Origin: Octopus bimaculoides
Lineage: Eukaryota
Direction of reading: 5' to 3'
Assembly (NCBI RefSeq): GCF_001194135.2
Contig: NC_068982.1
Coordinates: 12,755,396 to 12,812,062, forward strand
Length of the DNA: 56,667 nt
Below, one piece after another: positions 10,830 to 23,150 of the stretch; the first letter of the stretch is position 1, and the number at the start of each line of letters is the position of its first letter. The notes under the pieces are model-generated. The model was given only the letters and a program-made list of their open reading frames with translations. It had not been told where the DNA came from and did not search any database. The translations under genes and the position numbers were made by a program.

Positions 10830-11561
10830 GTCATCACGGTATTATCTACAGATAAGACATGATGTTGTAGCTAGGACACTCTATAATGAAATCCGTCGGA
10901 AGGAAAATCCTGAGGACAAAGAAATAAGAACCCACAATATGGTAGAAGCCATAGCCACTCATAAGGAAAAGGAGTACTGGTGGAATGTTCCAGTGAAGAC
11001 CTCAATAAAATGTAAGCACAACAGACCTGATATAATGATTTGGGATAGAGAAGAGAAATTGTGCACAGTAGTGGAAATTAGCTGCCCAGCAGATGTTAAC
11101 ATAAGGCTGAAGATAAGTGAAAAAGAGAGCACCTATGCTGAACTATTGAGAAATCTGCAGTTACTCTAGCCAGATTACAAGTTCAGATTTATACCTGTAA
11201 TTATTGGGGCCCTGGAATATGTAATACACTGAGAAATTGGGCTTCTCAAAACCAGAAAGGAGAAAGCTAATTCAAAGACTACAGATCCAATCCATCTCTG
11301 GAACTGTAAAATTCTGTAAAATTTTCCAGACGTTTAGATATATATGAGCATGTCTAGATATGAAACTATATGCATGAGAATACATACATAAAACATACAT
11401 ATCTGCACATATACATACATACATGCATACATGCATACAAAAATACCCTGTTGTTGATGTTAAAAATCCAATGAAGGAGACTTGGAACTAGGTTAGAAAC
11501 CGGTTCTTTCTCTGTTGGCAAGACATCCTGAAATAAAACTGAATAATGACATACATACATA
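10830..11561 (+). mobile_element. 3' fragment of an RLE-encoding non-LTR retrotransposon (R4/Dong-like)
   Basis: Translation RHDVVA...HNRPDIMIWD...VVEISCPADVN...EKESTY...PVIIGAL is the PD-(D/E)xK restriction-like endonuclease region. It has in-frame stops, an AATAAA-containing 3' UTR, and (TACA)n on both sides. Confidence 0.85.
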
Positions 11562-11934
11562 TATTCATTTATTAATTCATACGTTCTGGTAACTGGTAAC
11601 TTCTGGTAACTGGTAACTTCTGGTAACTTCTACATAAGCAGCAACATTGACAGGATCTAAGATTAAGCAGAGCGATGGAGGCAGAAACATAAACCGAGCT
11701 CAGTCCTTAAATGATCACTTAAACAACTCTTACTAAACACTAGAGAGAAAGAAAGAAATCACATGACATGCATACTCAACATTGGAAGCAGCAACATCAT
11801 GAGATTAAGTGACAAAATTCCTGAACAAGAACTCTGAGTGTACGGCTGTTCTATGTAACTAATTTACTTAAATAGAGACTTGGATGAGTAATACTCATTG
11901 CAGAAAGTTATACATAACTTACAAGTAAGAGAAT

Positions 11935-12250
11935 TATTATTATTATTTATGCACCCTTTTCAAGTCTAGCCAGGCTCATGAGCCCGGTTTTCCGGTTTCT
12001 ATGGCGTATGTGTTCCCCCTAACTGGACGGGATGCCAGTCCATCGCAGCATTACTCAAGAAACAGGAAGAGACAGTGAGAGAAAGTTGGGGCGAAAGAGT
12101 ACAAGGGTCGCCACCACCCCCTGCCAGAGCCTCGTGGAGCTTTAGGTGTTTTCGCTCAATAAACACACACAACGTCAGGTCTGGGAATCGAAACCGCGAT
12201 CCTCTGACCACGAGTCCGCTGCCCTAAACACAGGGCCATTGTGCCTCCAC
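11935..12250 (-). mobile_element. tRNA-head SINE with V-domain-like segment, full length
   Basis: 14-bp TSD ACAAGTAAGAGAAT (11921-11934, 12251-12264), a (TAA)n tail and CTGCGATGGACTGGCATCCCGTCCAG on the minus strand. Confidence 0.85.
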
Positions 12251-12384
12251 ACAAGTAAGAGAATACCAACAACATTTAGAGGAATTGTAGCACCCTTTGG
12301 ACTTGGGGTAGCTATTAAATATTTGATCAATACTGACACCTCTTGACCTCCATGCTGTGGTAGAAAGTATTGATTATGCCATAC

Positions 12385-12885
12385 CGGTATGAACGAGATT
12401 GACCATATCATCAGCATCCATCTAAAAATGTCTGCAAGATGCTAACTTCCTCAGAGACATGACATTATCGCAAAAACCGCCAACAATGTTATATGCAAGA
12501 AGGATTTTTCTGATGGCCAGATCATATGCATAAAAGAACCAAAATATATTCACATCTTTAAAAATAAACAATTCTGTTGGATTGGAGCATAGCAATAAAA
12601 AAATACCAGCAATTCAGCATAGGCACAACAGAACAGATTTTGTTTTATGTGAGAGAGAGCAAAAGGCTCACTTTGTAAAGATCAGCTGTCTGGTGGAAAT
12701 GGCTTATCAAAAAAAATGAAGAAAAAAGGAGAATATCTATAGAGAAGTAAAGTAATGGGAAACTTACAGCTCTTGTACCCAGGCTATAGACTTTCACATG
12801 TATTACCAAAGGTACACTGGACTATGGAACAACAAATCTGCATAAATGCCTAGAAATGCTAGGTTTCTCCTGTTCAAGAGAAAAG
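12385..12885 (+). mobile_element. Older frameshifted RLE (R4-like) LINE fragment
   Basis: DHIISIHLKMSARC*LPQRHDIIAK, RHNRTDFVL, VKISC and KGTLDY...KCLEMLGFS align by eye with the 10.8 kb element. Confidence 0.65.
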
Positions 12886-12970
12886 TTGTAAAACAGTCCA
12901 GGAATTCTTTATTTGAGGTTCAAAGGCTGAATACACACAAACACACACAAACACACACACACACACACAT

Positions 12971-13008
<38 letters not shown>

Positions 13009-15439
13009 ACCTTGTTTAATTCTTAACAATTTTTTCCTTATTAATATCATTTCAATTAATTCATACATTTGGACAATTTTATGCAATTTTGAAGCTGATT
13101 TATGTTAAAGAGAAACAATTAAAACTTTAACTGAGAAGGTTCCAGTTGTTGATATCATGTCGTGTGTTGGCTCATTATATAAAATTGTCAAGAAGGGGGT
13201 GTGGGTTCAAGTTCAACTAAAAAGCTCTCATTTTTGTATTCTTTCACAAATATACTTTTTGTATTCTCACACCATGATTAAAAGTAAATTACCTACTGTA
13301 GTAAATTAACTTCAAATCTAATTTAATTTACTTTTTTTCACTTTAATTCAATTTGGTAGATATTGAATTTCAATATTTATTTCAAATATATCTAGCATCA
13401 TCTGCAAATGTGAAGCCTCATTGTCTCTGATCAGAACCGAAGTAATTCCAGTTCTGAAAATGAAACCTTTAATCTGTTTGTTCACTTCCACTTTTTTCCC
13501 TCTACTTCCCCATTCCTCAACAGATTATACACACAACCTTATATATATAACTGGGATAAAATCTAATTTGATTTTTGTTATTTTCTGTTGCTTTTCTTTT
13601 CCACTCTTTTCTTTCTCTTTGAATTCTTTGAAGTATCGAAATTGTCATTCACTTCAAACATGTTTGAGAGGCTTTTGTTTACGTTACTTTTATATGTTTC
13701 TATACCATTTATGTTCTTAATAATTTGCACCTTTGCAAAATATGTCATACACAGGTGGCATCTCATTCATGGTAACTTTAGAAACAGAAACATATTTTAT
13801 TTTTGATAATATCAAACCATCAACTGTTTATGACACAAGAATCCCTAAATAAAATTGCTAGTCTTAAGGCTCCACCCATATTCCATCTCTTGGACTGGAA
13901 GTTTTCTGTCACATTTTTCAATGCCAATTTGCATCAACTCTCTTCAACCGGTGTTATACCAATTCTAAAATGACTCAAGGCTTACTTTCTTTACATTCTA
14001 TGTCACCCAGACTCTTTTGTCTGCATTAAAAACTTGAACACATTCACTTTTAAGCTCATTTCTTTGCAGGTGATATCAACTTTCACTCTTTGAAAACCCT
14101 ACACAAACAAGCATGGAAAAATGACTGAGAAGCTTGCATTGCCACCATGTGGTTTCAGGTCAGTCCTGTGGCATGGCATCTTGGAGGAGTGCCTTCTGCT
14201 ATATCCCCAGGTTGACCAATGCCTTCTCACTAAATTTGGTTGGCAGAAACTGTGCAGAAATTCCGGGATGGTGTCCGGTGTGCTGAAAGACCACTGGGAG
14301 TAAGGCGCCCCTCAGCTTTTGTTGTAGCATGTCTCTAGGAGAAAGTCACTCTGATATAAAACCAGATATGCAGGGAATGGCATTGGACATTTTGGGGATC
14401 TTTGGTTTGTGCTACAAATCACGGCGCTCCCACATCCCTGAGCCTGCGACTCATATTGGCACCAGACATCTTGGTCTGGCTTGTCTCTGGATAATGTCAA
14501 TAAAGTGGAGAGGGTCTGTGAGGTGTTGTGCAAGCCTCAGTGGACCTAAAACTCTGCACAGGCATTGCCGACCTCTGTTCGATATGTGCATTTTTCTTTC
14601 CTCCCTCTATATATATTTATCTTATTTTTAGTATATATTTAATTTATTTTTAGTATATATTTTCTTCATTTTTAGTATATATATATTTTTTTCATTCGGA
14701 AGACCTGCGACAATGGGAAGGTGGTGAAGCTTTCTATTGCCAACTGGTAATACCACTGAGTATCTTCTCTCTCTCTATCTTCAGATTTCCTGTTATCACA
14801 AAATTTTCAAGGCTCTGTTTTCTTGCATGATGTCCAATGAACTTAGCCTGTTGCCTCCTTGTAAAGAAGTTTTATGGTGATTTCTGCTTATCACCATTAA
14901 ATGCCTGGGAACATTACAACACCCTGAAATATTATTCCAACACTATTCATCTCACTAGTTCCAAACAAACATATCAGAGACTAAAATAGTGATAGAATCA
15001 ATAGAGTAATTAATCAAAAATATTTTACTATAATGTGCATCAGCAGAAACAGGCAATGAAGAGGTACAAGTTGTGTGCTCTGACTAAATGCACTGTGCAA
15101 GCTTCTATTGCAACAGTTACAGCAATGTACAGAGATACACGAGTAGAGTGGACACTGGAAGAAACATGGCATAATTATGCTATCATACTTCATCCCACAT
15201 GATAAAATACTGCATGTTGAAATGTGCAGTGACAGCTTGACAATAAGCACAGTACATTCAGTATGATTGAGAGGCATCTAGATATTCAGCCAGATAATTT
15301 ACATATCATAAGCCAGAGACGGCCATGCTTAAACCATCATCACAATGTCCACCACCACCACCACCACCACCACCACCAAAACAGCAATAATATTAATTAT
15401 TTCTAATTTAGGTACAGGGCCAGCAATTTGGGGGAGCTC

Positions 15440-15690
15440 TCTAATATTATACCAAAATACATCAAAATGGAAACGGATCCCATAAAATTCAAAAATTTTC
15501 TGAACAAATTTCTCCAAAACATCTTGGACCAACCTTCTGCACCCGTATATACCTCCAACAATAATAACTGTTTGCTAGAGTGGGCCATGGTGCTCCATAT
15601 ATAACTAAAAGCCTTCACCAGGTGGTGCTATTAAGTTAGACATGGCCTGGGCCTATACTGGCCGAAACCGATCAAAGTTAAGGGTACAAT
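15440..15690 (+). mobile_element. CR1/L2-group LINE 3' fragment nested in a minus-strand Nin-like SINE (pieces at about 15403-15436 and 15715-15838)
   Basis: Translation KMETDPIKFKNFLNKFLQNILDQPSAPVYTSNNNNCLLEW resembles the C-terminal end of CR1-type ORF2. Confidence 0.55.
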
Positions 15691-15851
15691 TGCATAAGCA
15701 GACCCTATTTCTGCTGTATTTTATTAACATTAACTAAAGTTAACTTCGGCAGGATTTGAACCTGGAATATAAAGAGCTGAGACAAATACTGTAAAATGTT
15801 TTATCTGATGCCCAGATGATTCTGCCAATTGGCTACCCTAATAACAAGAAC

Positions 15852-16211
15852 AACAAGTGCACTCAGAGAGCATAAATTTCCACCAAGGCAACATCAACGT
15901 CCTCTCAACGATTAGCCAGGAATGATTTTTTAAATGAGAATATCCGAAATAAACTTGTCTGCTCTCACAAACGAGAATACTAAAAGTGATCCCAACAATT
16001 CTCAAAAGTTAAGTAAAAAAACAAGAAAAATAATCCAGAATCTTTGTCCGTACCAGATCGATCCCAAAATCTAATCAGTTCATACCAGTCACGAGGCTAA
16101 ACATCCCTGAAAGTTTCATCCAAATCTATCCAGCGGTTCTTGAGATATCTTGTCCCCTGACAAACAAGCACGACTGAAAACAATACCTTCGCCTTCGCTA
16201 AGGGGAGGTAA
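15852..16211 (+). mobile_element. Non-autonomous Helentron/HINE-like element
   Basis: Starts AACAAGTG, contains AAGTTTCATCCAAATCTATCCAGCGGTTCTTGAGATAT and a short ACAA repeat, and ends in the hairpin TACCTTCGCC-TTCGCTAA-GGGGAGGTA (16184-16210). Confidence 0.6.
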
Positions 16212-16774
16212 TAATAATAACAGCAGCAATAACAGAGAATAAGATAATCTGGTTTTATTTAATCGCATCAAGACTCGGTGGCTTCACAGCTAAAGAAAAT
16301 ATGCTACAAATACTGCATCCTTTCTCCTCAAGAACATCACAACTATAATCTGTAGTCTTTAAAAATTTCTGATGTTTTTTAGTTATTAAATATCAACAAC
16401 AGTTGAAAAGTATATCTCAAAAGTTAGGTGTTCTCTTAATAGTCTTAAAATACTTCATCTTCTTATCATTTGTTAACACTATGCAAAGTGTAAGTTCAAA
16501 GCAATTGTCTCTGGAGTACTAATTCACATACCTGGGGCAGTGTAGCCATGAATTGGAAACAACAAGGTGAGAGAAGGCTTTAGAAATTTAGATAAATATC
16601 ACAAGGTATTGTGATATTTAGTTTTATCCCTTTGTGTTTTGAGTTCAAATCCCTTTGCAATCAATCTCATCTTTCATCTACCTTAGGTTGACGAAATAAG
16701 TCTTTCAAGTATTGGAACCAATTCAATTGACTGATAATGGTGTCATGCATGTTTTTTTGTTTTTTTTTAAACAG

Positions 16775-16938
16775 GAACCTATGACTGAAAATCCCAAGTG
16801 AATAATTTCAGTTCTGTTTGTGTTAAGGGCAGACGAGGGTCTAAATCCAAACAACCAAATTATTTCTATGAAGTGCAGTGATACCAGATACAAGAGATAT
16901 AATGATGGAAAAATACAATGCACCCTATAATTAATGGG
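16775..16938 (+). repeat. Diverged homolog of 7355-7537 with in-frame stops
   Basis: MTENPK*...LRADEGLNPNNQIISMK...KRYNDG versus MAENPKL...VRVDEDVDPNGQNICVKK...KRYNNG. Confidence 0.7.
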
Positions 16939-17750
16939 TTTTCCTCACTTGAGTTCAATCTCATCCTTGTCTCCTGATGAAATGTCTTCTAAGATAGATT
17001 ACAATCCAGGTAAAATTGTCTGTAGAAGAAGGGATACAGCAATGGATGTCACATATTAATGACTGAGTTCAACTGCAGCACAGGAAACCTCATGGTAGAG
17101 ATTCTTCCCCATGCATTTTAGGAGGCCACAGTTCTCGACATGTTTTGTTAATAATGTCTGGTAAGTAACTCCCTATCTGTAAAACCTGTAGCATATATCA
17201 GAATATCACACATAGTGCATACACCACTGTGCCTGATAAGAGTTTACAGAAGGGGCAAAAAAGTTGCTGCACACACAAACATTTTTGACCATATGAAAAA
17301 CGTCTGCCTGACTGATTTATAAAAAGCTCATCACCAACATAAAACAACTAGCTACCACACATTTATGCACTGTATCATCCATTTATAACTTCTAATGCCC
17401 TCTGCACCCCTTAACTTGTAATCCCTATGACACCCCTAACTAAACTCCTCTACAAGGTGCCTCCAACTCTTTCTCTCTTTACCACTGCAATGTTCAGCTC
17501 ACAGACTCCACATATAGTGGAACACTGCATTTGATGGCTCAAAAGATACTGTACCCCATTTTTACAAGTATATTTTGTGGAAAAAACAAAAACAAATTTA
17601 TCATAGTTCATAATGCACTTATTGAAAGATATTTTTAAAGAGCATTTTTTTAGGTAAAAAGTATTATTCTGTGTATGTATATACAATGATGTAAATACAG
17701 TATACTAAAACAAAGTATGAAACATACTGTGTATATAAATACACAGCATA

Positions 17751-18251
17751 CAGTAATCCCACGACTATTGTGGGTGTTACATTCCAAAACGCCCCCACGA
17801 TAGATGAAAATCCATGAAGTAAAAACAGTACTGTGCTGTATAGATTTTCAAAATTATTTTTATAATTTGTATATATTTATTTTATTATAAATGCAAAACA
17901 ACACCACACACTCACCTCCTGAGGTTCGTTTTCCATACAGTATGTGTGACTTTTCGTTTGCTCATCTACAGTACGTTATGTATTTTATTTTAGTATATTC
18001 TAATTAATGTGTTATACAGTGCAGTACTGTACTGTATTTTTATTTATTGATTAATTAATTTTTAGGCATGAAAATGCTTATTTTACCACAGAAATAATTG
18101 AAATCTAAACAAAATATGAATATCCATTGGCCACAGAAACCTGTAATATACTGAGGAGTCTGCAATACAAATTTACATATATTAGCCAGAAAAATCTGCG
18201 ATGTATGAAACCATAAATTTATCATGTATAAACTGCATTATATTGTTACTG
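17751..18251. mobile_element. pogo/Tigger-like MITE, degenerate
   Basis: TA|CAGTAATCCC ... GTTACTG|TA, with subterminal AAAATCC(G/A)(C/T)GA-type motifs at both ends. Confidence 0.55.
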
Positions 18252-18679
18252 TATTTCAACTTTATCTTCTTTCAGATCAGCTGTGTAGTTATTTATATTT
18301 TAAGCAAGAGAATCGCCATACAAGATTTAAAGCTCAGATTGTTAATTATGATGTTTTGTGTTACTGTAATCAGCCACCAGGGTGGCTCACCACTGCTATA
18401 GTTTTGTTGTCATCCACTCATTGCGAATAGCTGAGAGGCAGATGGAAGCTTAACATTTCTTTCATCTTTTAGAATAATTTTTCTTTTAGATAATTAAAAA
18501 AAAAAACGTTTCTTAAAGGCAACACTGTTATTAAATAACATAAGACATATATCAAGCGTGGGTTTTATATATGTTGGAGAAGGAGATTTAATGAGATGAC
18601 ATGATCTCTCCACATAACTACTGATGTACCGTAAACAAATTTTCACAAATATATGCCAACAGACTGTGATATTTTGGCT

Positions 18680-19088
18680 TCTTTTATCTTTTACTTACTT
18701 TAGTCATGAGACTGTGGCCATACTGGGGCACTGCCATGAAGAATTTTAGTCAAATGAATCGTCCCAAGTATTTGTTTTTTTCCAGTCTGGTATTTATTCT
18801 ATCAGTTTATTTTGTCGAACTGCTAAGTTTCAAGGATATAAACACAGCAAAAGATATAAAAGACACCAACACCAATTGTCAAGTAGTGGTGGGGGACACA
18901 GACACAACAACAACACACACACATACAACAGGCTTCTTTCAGTTTCCATCTACCAAACCCATTCACAAGGCTTTGGTCAGCCTGAGGTTACAGTAGAAGA
19001 TGCCAGCCCAATTAGCACCTAATGGTACTGCACTCACAAACAAGTGGTTGAGAAGCAAGCTTCTTACCACACAGCCATGACTACACCT
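18680..19088 (-). mobile_element. SINE family A, older copy
   Basis: Reverse-strand homology over the whole family A structure. Confidence 0.8.
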
Positions 19089-19530
19089 CGTTTTAAACTT
19101 TTAATTATTTGTAAAAATCATTGTTCCTTGTGGAGTTATGTGTATCCAGCCCTCAGCCTTCAATATTTGGTCTCACATCTGTAATATGACTACCTCAGAT
19201 GTGGGGCAATTTTTCGATACCTTTAGAAATCTTAAAATGTGTGTCTTATACTTTGGCAAATACAGTAGATGCTAACCATATTTAATGTGGTGCGCATGGT
19301 AATTTGAATTAATCAACACTATCTATGTATTAAGAAGCTGTAAACATTGTTGAACAATGATTGCTTAAACCAAACAAAACAGTGACAACTTCGTTTAGTT
19401 TATCTCTAGAAAAAGAACTCTTTGCAACTTCTTTGATGATAAAATTTTTGCAACAGACAACAAAATCTTGAAGTTTATTCTGAGCATCATTTACACTACT
19501 TCTGTAGTTTATTTGTTCAATAGAAAGGTG

Positions 19531-20122
19531 GGATCTTTTTTATAACGGGGGCCACATTTTTCATTAATGTTTTACGTAGTGTTTTTGGTACGGAAAGACT
19601 TTCAAACTTCGTATACTTATCTATTTTGTGTTATAGAACAGAAAAATATTTTTGTATTCGAATTTATTTCATGTAAAAAATTGTCTTATTTCGATAATTT
19701 CAACCAATCACTGACAAGTATTCAGTTGTTTACATTTACTCCTTTGGCTGATTAAGCGATGTAAAGTGTATTTAATCTCTATACCTTCGTTTTATTTGCT
19801 TTTTTCATTTTAAATTTGCTTTAACCCTAACCCTAACCCTAACCCTAGGGTTAGGGTTAGGGTTAGGGTTAGGGTTAGGGTTAATTGTTTCAGAATCGTT
19901 TGTTTATGTAGTCGGCACTTAATGTATATCGGCTGAATGGACGTCAGTGATTGGTTGAAATTACAGAAATACGACAACTTTAACATGGAATAATTTATGG
20001 ATTTCTTTTCTTTTTAAGAAGACTAAGAGAAAAAGATGTTTTATATGACACATTCTACCAGTGTTCCAAGTTTCAAAGTGTTTCGTTAATGAAAAGTGTG
20101 GCCCCCGTTTTGAAAAAGATCT
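19531..20122. mobile_element. 592-bp Merlin-like MITE, copy 2 (opposite orientation to copy 1)
   Basis: Same TIRs, 8-bp TSD GAAAGGTG (19523-19530, 20123-20130). Nearly identical to copy 1 apart from 70 extra bp in the centre. Confidence 0.9.
19821..19884. repeat. Inverted interstitial telomeric repeat TTAA(CCCTAA)3CCCT|AGGG(TTAGGG)5TTAA
   Basis: Read directly: four CCC tracts then six GGG tracts, with the symmetry centre at 19846/19847. Confidence 0.95.
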
Positions 20123-20675
20123 GAAAGGTGATTGTCACTGCAGTTCTTTCTGAGACACAATTATATCTACTAAAACTTGAATTATTATTATATTCATTTG
20201 ATAGACATAAATGATTTCATTGAGGATTATATTAAAATAATTTCTTGATTTGTTGAACCAACTTTCAACACGCTTAGGTTTTGATAATTCGAAATACACA
20301 GAATGGTGTTTAGTTTCTAAAAAAAGAATAAAAATTGTTTTAAGAGATCTATTTTCCTAAAAGCATTTAAAATAATGAAGATTTTATACCCTAACATAAA
20401 AAGTATAAACTGACTACATCAAATAATCAGTAAAATACTCAGCAGAATTCATATTTATTTGAAGAAGACACACATTTAAGTTCAGTTCACATACACATTC
20501 GTAGGAGTGTCTACATGTTGATTATGTATATATATGTATTTATATATATGTGTATGTGTGTACATAGATATACATGCCATAAGTTTATTTCAGTTCAAGG
20601 TTAAAATAAATTTCCCATCAAAATATAAGCAAATGCTTCCATTTCTAATCCTTATATATATATGTATGTATGTAT

Positions 20676-20769
<94 letters not shown>

Positions 20770-22725
20770 ATACATACATACATATATATATATATGCACA
20801 TATATATATATATAAGCATACATATATTTATTCACACACAAAGGCAAGCATATCATACTTCTACTAGCTATATCTATTTCAAGTTTCAATTTGAGTTTCA
20901 AGCTGTTTTCCAGAAACATTATCTGTTAACTTTTTTCACTTATTTTGAATTATATTTAACAAAATTCCATAGCTATTTTGGATACATTCTTTGAAAAGAT
21001 ATATTTGTGCCATTTCAATTTCTCCTTTCTCAGTTTAGTAGGAGCAGATATGTAAAATACATTATTTTTTTTATTTCACTGTTTCATATTATTTGCAACT
21101 TTCAACCAATTTTATTTATATATTTCATCTTTATATAATTTTATATTCTGAGGATTTAATGAACCTCTTACAATGCTAAAGCTAAGATAAATAAAATGCA
21201 ATGAAAATTTTATTTCTTATGGCAAATTGAGTACCAAAAGATAAAATAAAAAATTTTCTATAAAATTTAATATAAAATATCTTAAGATTCAAATAATTTT
21301 AAATATAATGTTGAGATTCACAAAATACTTCTGTTTTGAAGAAAAAGTAAAAAGGATATCATCAGAAAATTCAACTTTCACACTGACAAAGTTCAAATCA
21401 ACGTCAGATTTTTATTTTCTCTGAGTAGTGTCTAGTTGACCTGTTACATAGAGAGGTGAGAAGTTTAGTTTGTTTTTTTTCTCTTCTGCTTGGAGGAGAA
21501 CTAAGGCATTTTAAAAAAAAATATTATTGTCAGACAATTTTTTAAAAAATTTTATAAACACGGTGTCTACTGATGACACAGTGGGATACATCCACGAAAA
21601 CTGAACTGGTATCAAAAACGAAAAAGAAACAGAAGTTAATTAAAATTCATTTAGAAAAATTACACAGGAAAGAAAGACAATTTCATAAACAAATACATAT
21701 GTTATGGAGGGTGAGTGTTAATTAGTGATAAGGGAAATTGCAATGTTATTATCAGTCTAAATATGCTTGAGGGACGTTTGAACTGGGAAAGAAGCTATTT
21801 ACTGTGTTTTGAAATGGAGAATATATCGCATTTGTTGACAAATTGTGTGTATACACCTAGATCAGGTCGCAGTGCCGCCTACCCAGACTGTGAGATGCTA
21901 GCATTTCAGAATAGTTATCTCCTCTTCGGCCACAGACACTAGGTAGGCTAACATCTCACATTCTGGATAGGTTGTGCTCTGAGCTGATTTAGGTGTATAC
22001 TACAACAAGCAGGATATATTCTCCATGACAAAATGCAGTGAGTAGCTTCTTCTTGTTATATTGCATGTTCGGATGGTGTGCCTTTGCCAATAATGTACTT
22101 CTACTCAACTACCGAACTCTCACTTCTAACGACTTGACTCAACAGAACTCGATGTCTAGTCTACCAACAGCTCCAGCTCGCTCTACGTGACGTTTCTACA
22201 ACTAGCTATCACATCCACTATTTATATGTATTGGACTAGCCTACTTATTGTCTGGGGGCATCCACACAACACTTCTCCAGTTCGAACATGCATCAAGCAT
22301 CTTTGGACTGGTAATAGCATTCCAAATACATTTGTATTCACAGATATGGACAATGATCCAAACTTTCACAATACAGATTACATCAATACAAGGTTTGCTA
22401 AAGTTACCAGTCAGAGGGAAAGAAGTAATAAACATGGGTCAGTCTTTTGCAAAAAGAGACGGTAGAAGAGATATATTGCAAAAAATTTTCCCTCTTTACA
22501 TGAAGATTTTGTTGGAGAAAGAAGATGGAAGCAAGTAACATACTGCTCCTCTCAGAAAATGAAAACATTTTTAGCATATTCTCAAGAGAACAGTCAAAGG
22601 AAGCCCTGGCTAATGTGTAGAAGAATCTGATTTTCATTAACTGCTGAGGGACACACAGAAGTGTGCGTCTGGTTTTCAAGACTGAATATGGAACAAAAAA
22701 GCAGGAAGAATTGGTGCATCACACA

Positions 22726-23150
22726 CAGGGTTGGATTAAGACCCATCGAGGCCCTAAGAACTCAAAAGATTTTAGTGCCCCCATAAAAGATTATGTAAGT
22801 CAAAACATAATCAATAACAAACCATAAAATAAATTTTTATTTTTCAAAACGAAACAAAACAGTAAGAGGGAAAATAATGTTTATTTTTGTATACTTCCAC
22901 TTTATTTCTATTTGAAAAGTTTCCTCCTACTTTTTTGAATTGCAAAGTCTTTGATCAGATCCTTAAAATTAATTTTAGGTAACACATCTACATCTGTGCT
23001 TAGCAGAGATAAAGGCATCCTAAATATTATTTTAGCAAGTTTAAAGTGATTTCTTTTGTGCTGTAAACCATTTACCATTTCTGTGGTGCCCCTCCTTCCC
23101 TCGATGCCCTAAGCATGTGCTTATTTTACTTAATGGTTAATCCAGTGCTG
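22726..23150. mobile_element. 425-bp hAT-type MITE
   Basis: Ends CAGGGTTGGATTAA and TTAATCCAGTGCTG, with a perfect 8-bp TSD ATCACACA (22718-22725, 23151-23158). Confidence 0.85.

Noticed and set aside
11465-11510. Hammerhead-like GAAACCGGTT with an upstream stem in the LINE 3' UTR
   Set aside because: No CUGANGA core (CAAUGAA instead) and no stem I.
15655-15672. GGCC...GGCCGAAAC resembling the 3' half of a hammerhead
   Set aside because: No upstream CUGANGA core; it lies in a CR1-type 3' UTR.
19821-19884. Relic of a chromosome end-to-end fusion
   Set aside because: Fusions give (TTAGGG)n-(CCCTAA)n; the order here is reversed and it sits inside a TSD-flanked MITE.
22054-22330. Possible solo LTR (TGTTAT start, TATA-like box on the minus strand)
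   Set aside because: No matching TSD or convincing inverted terminus, and no second copy in the window.
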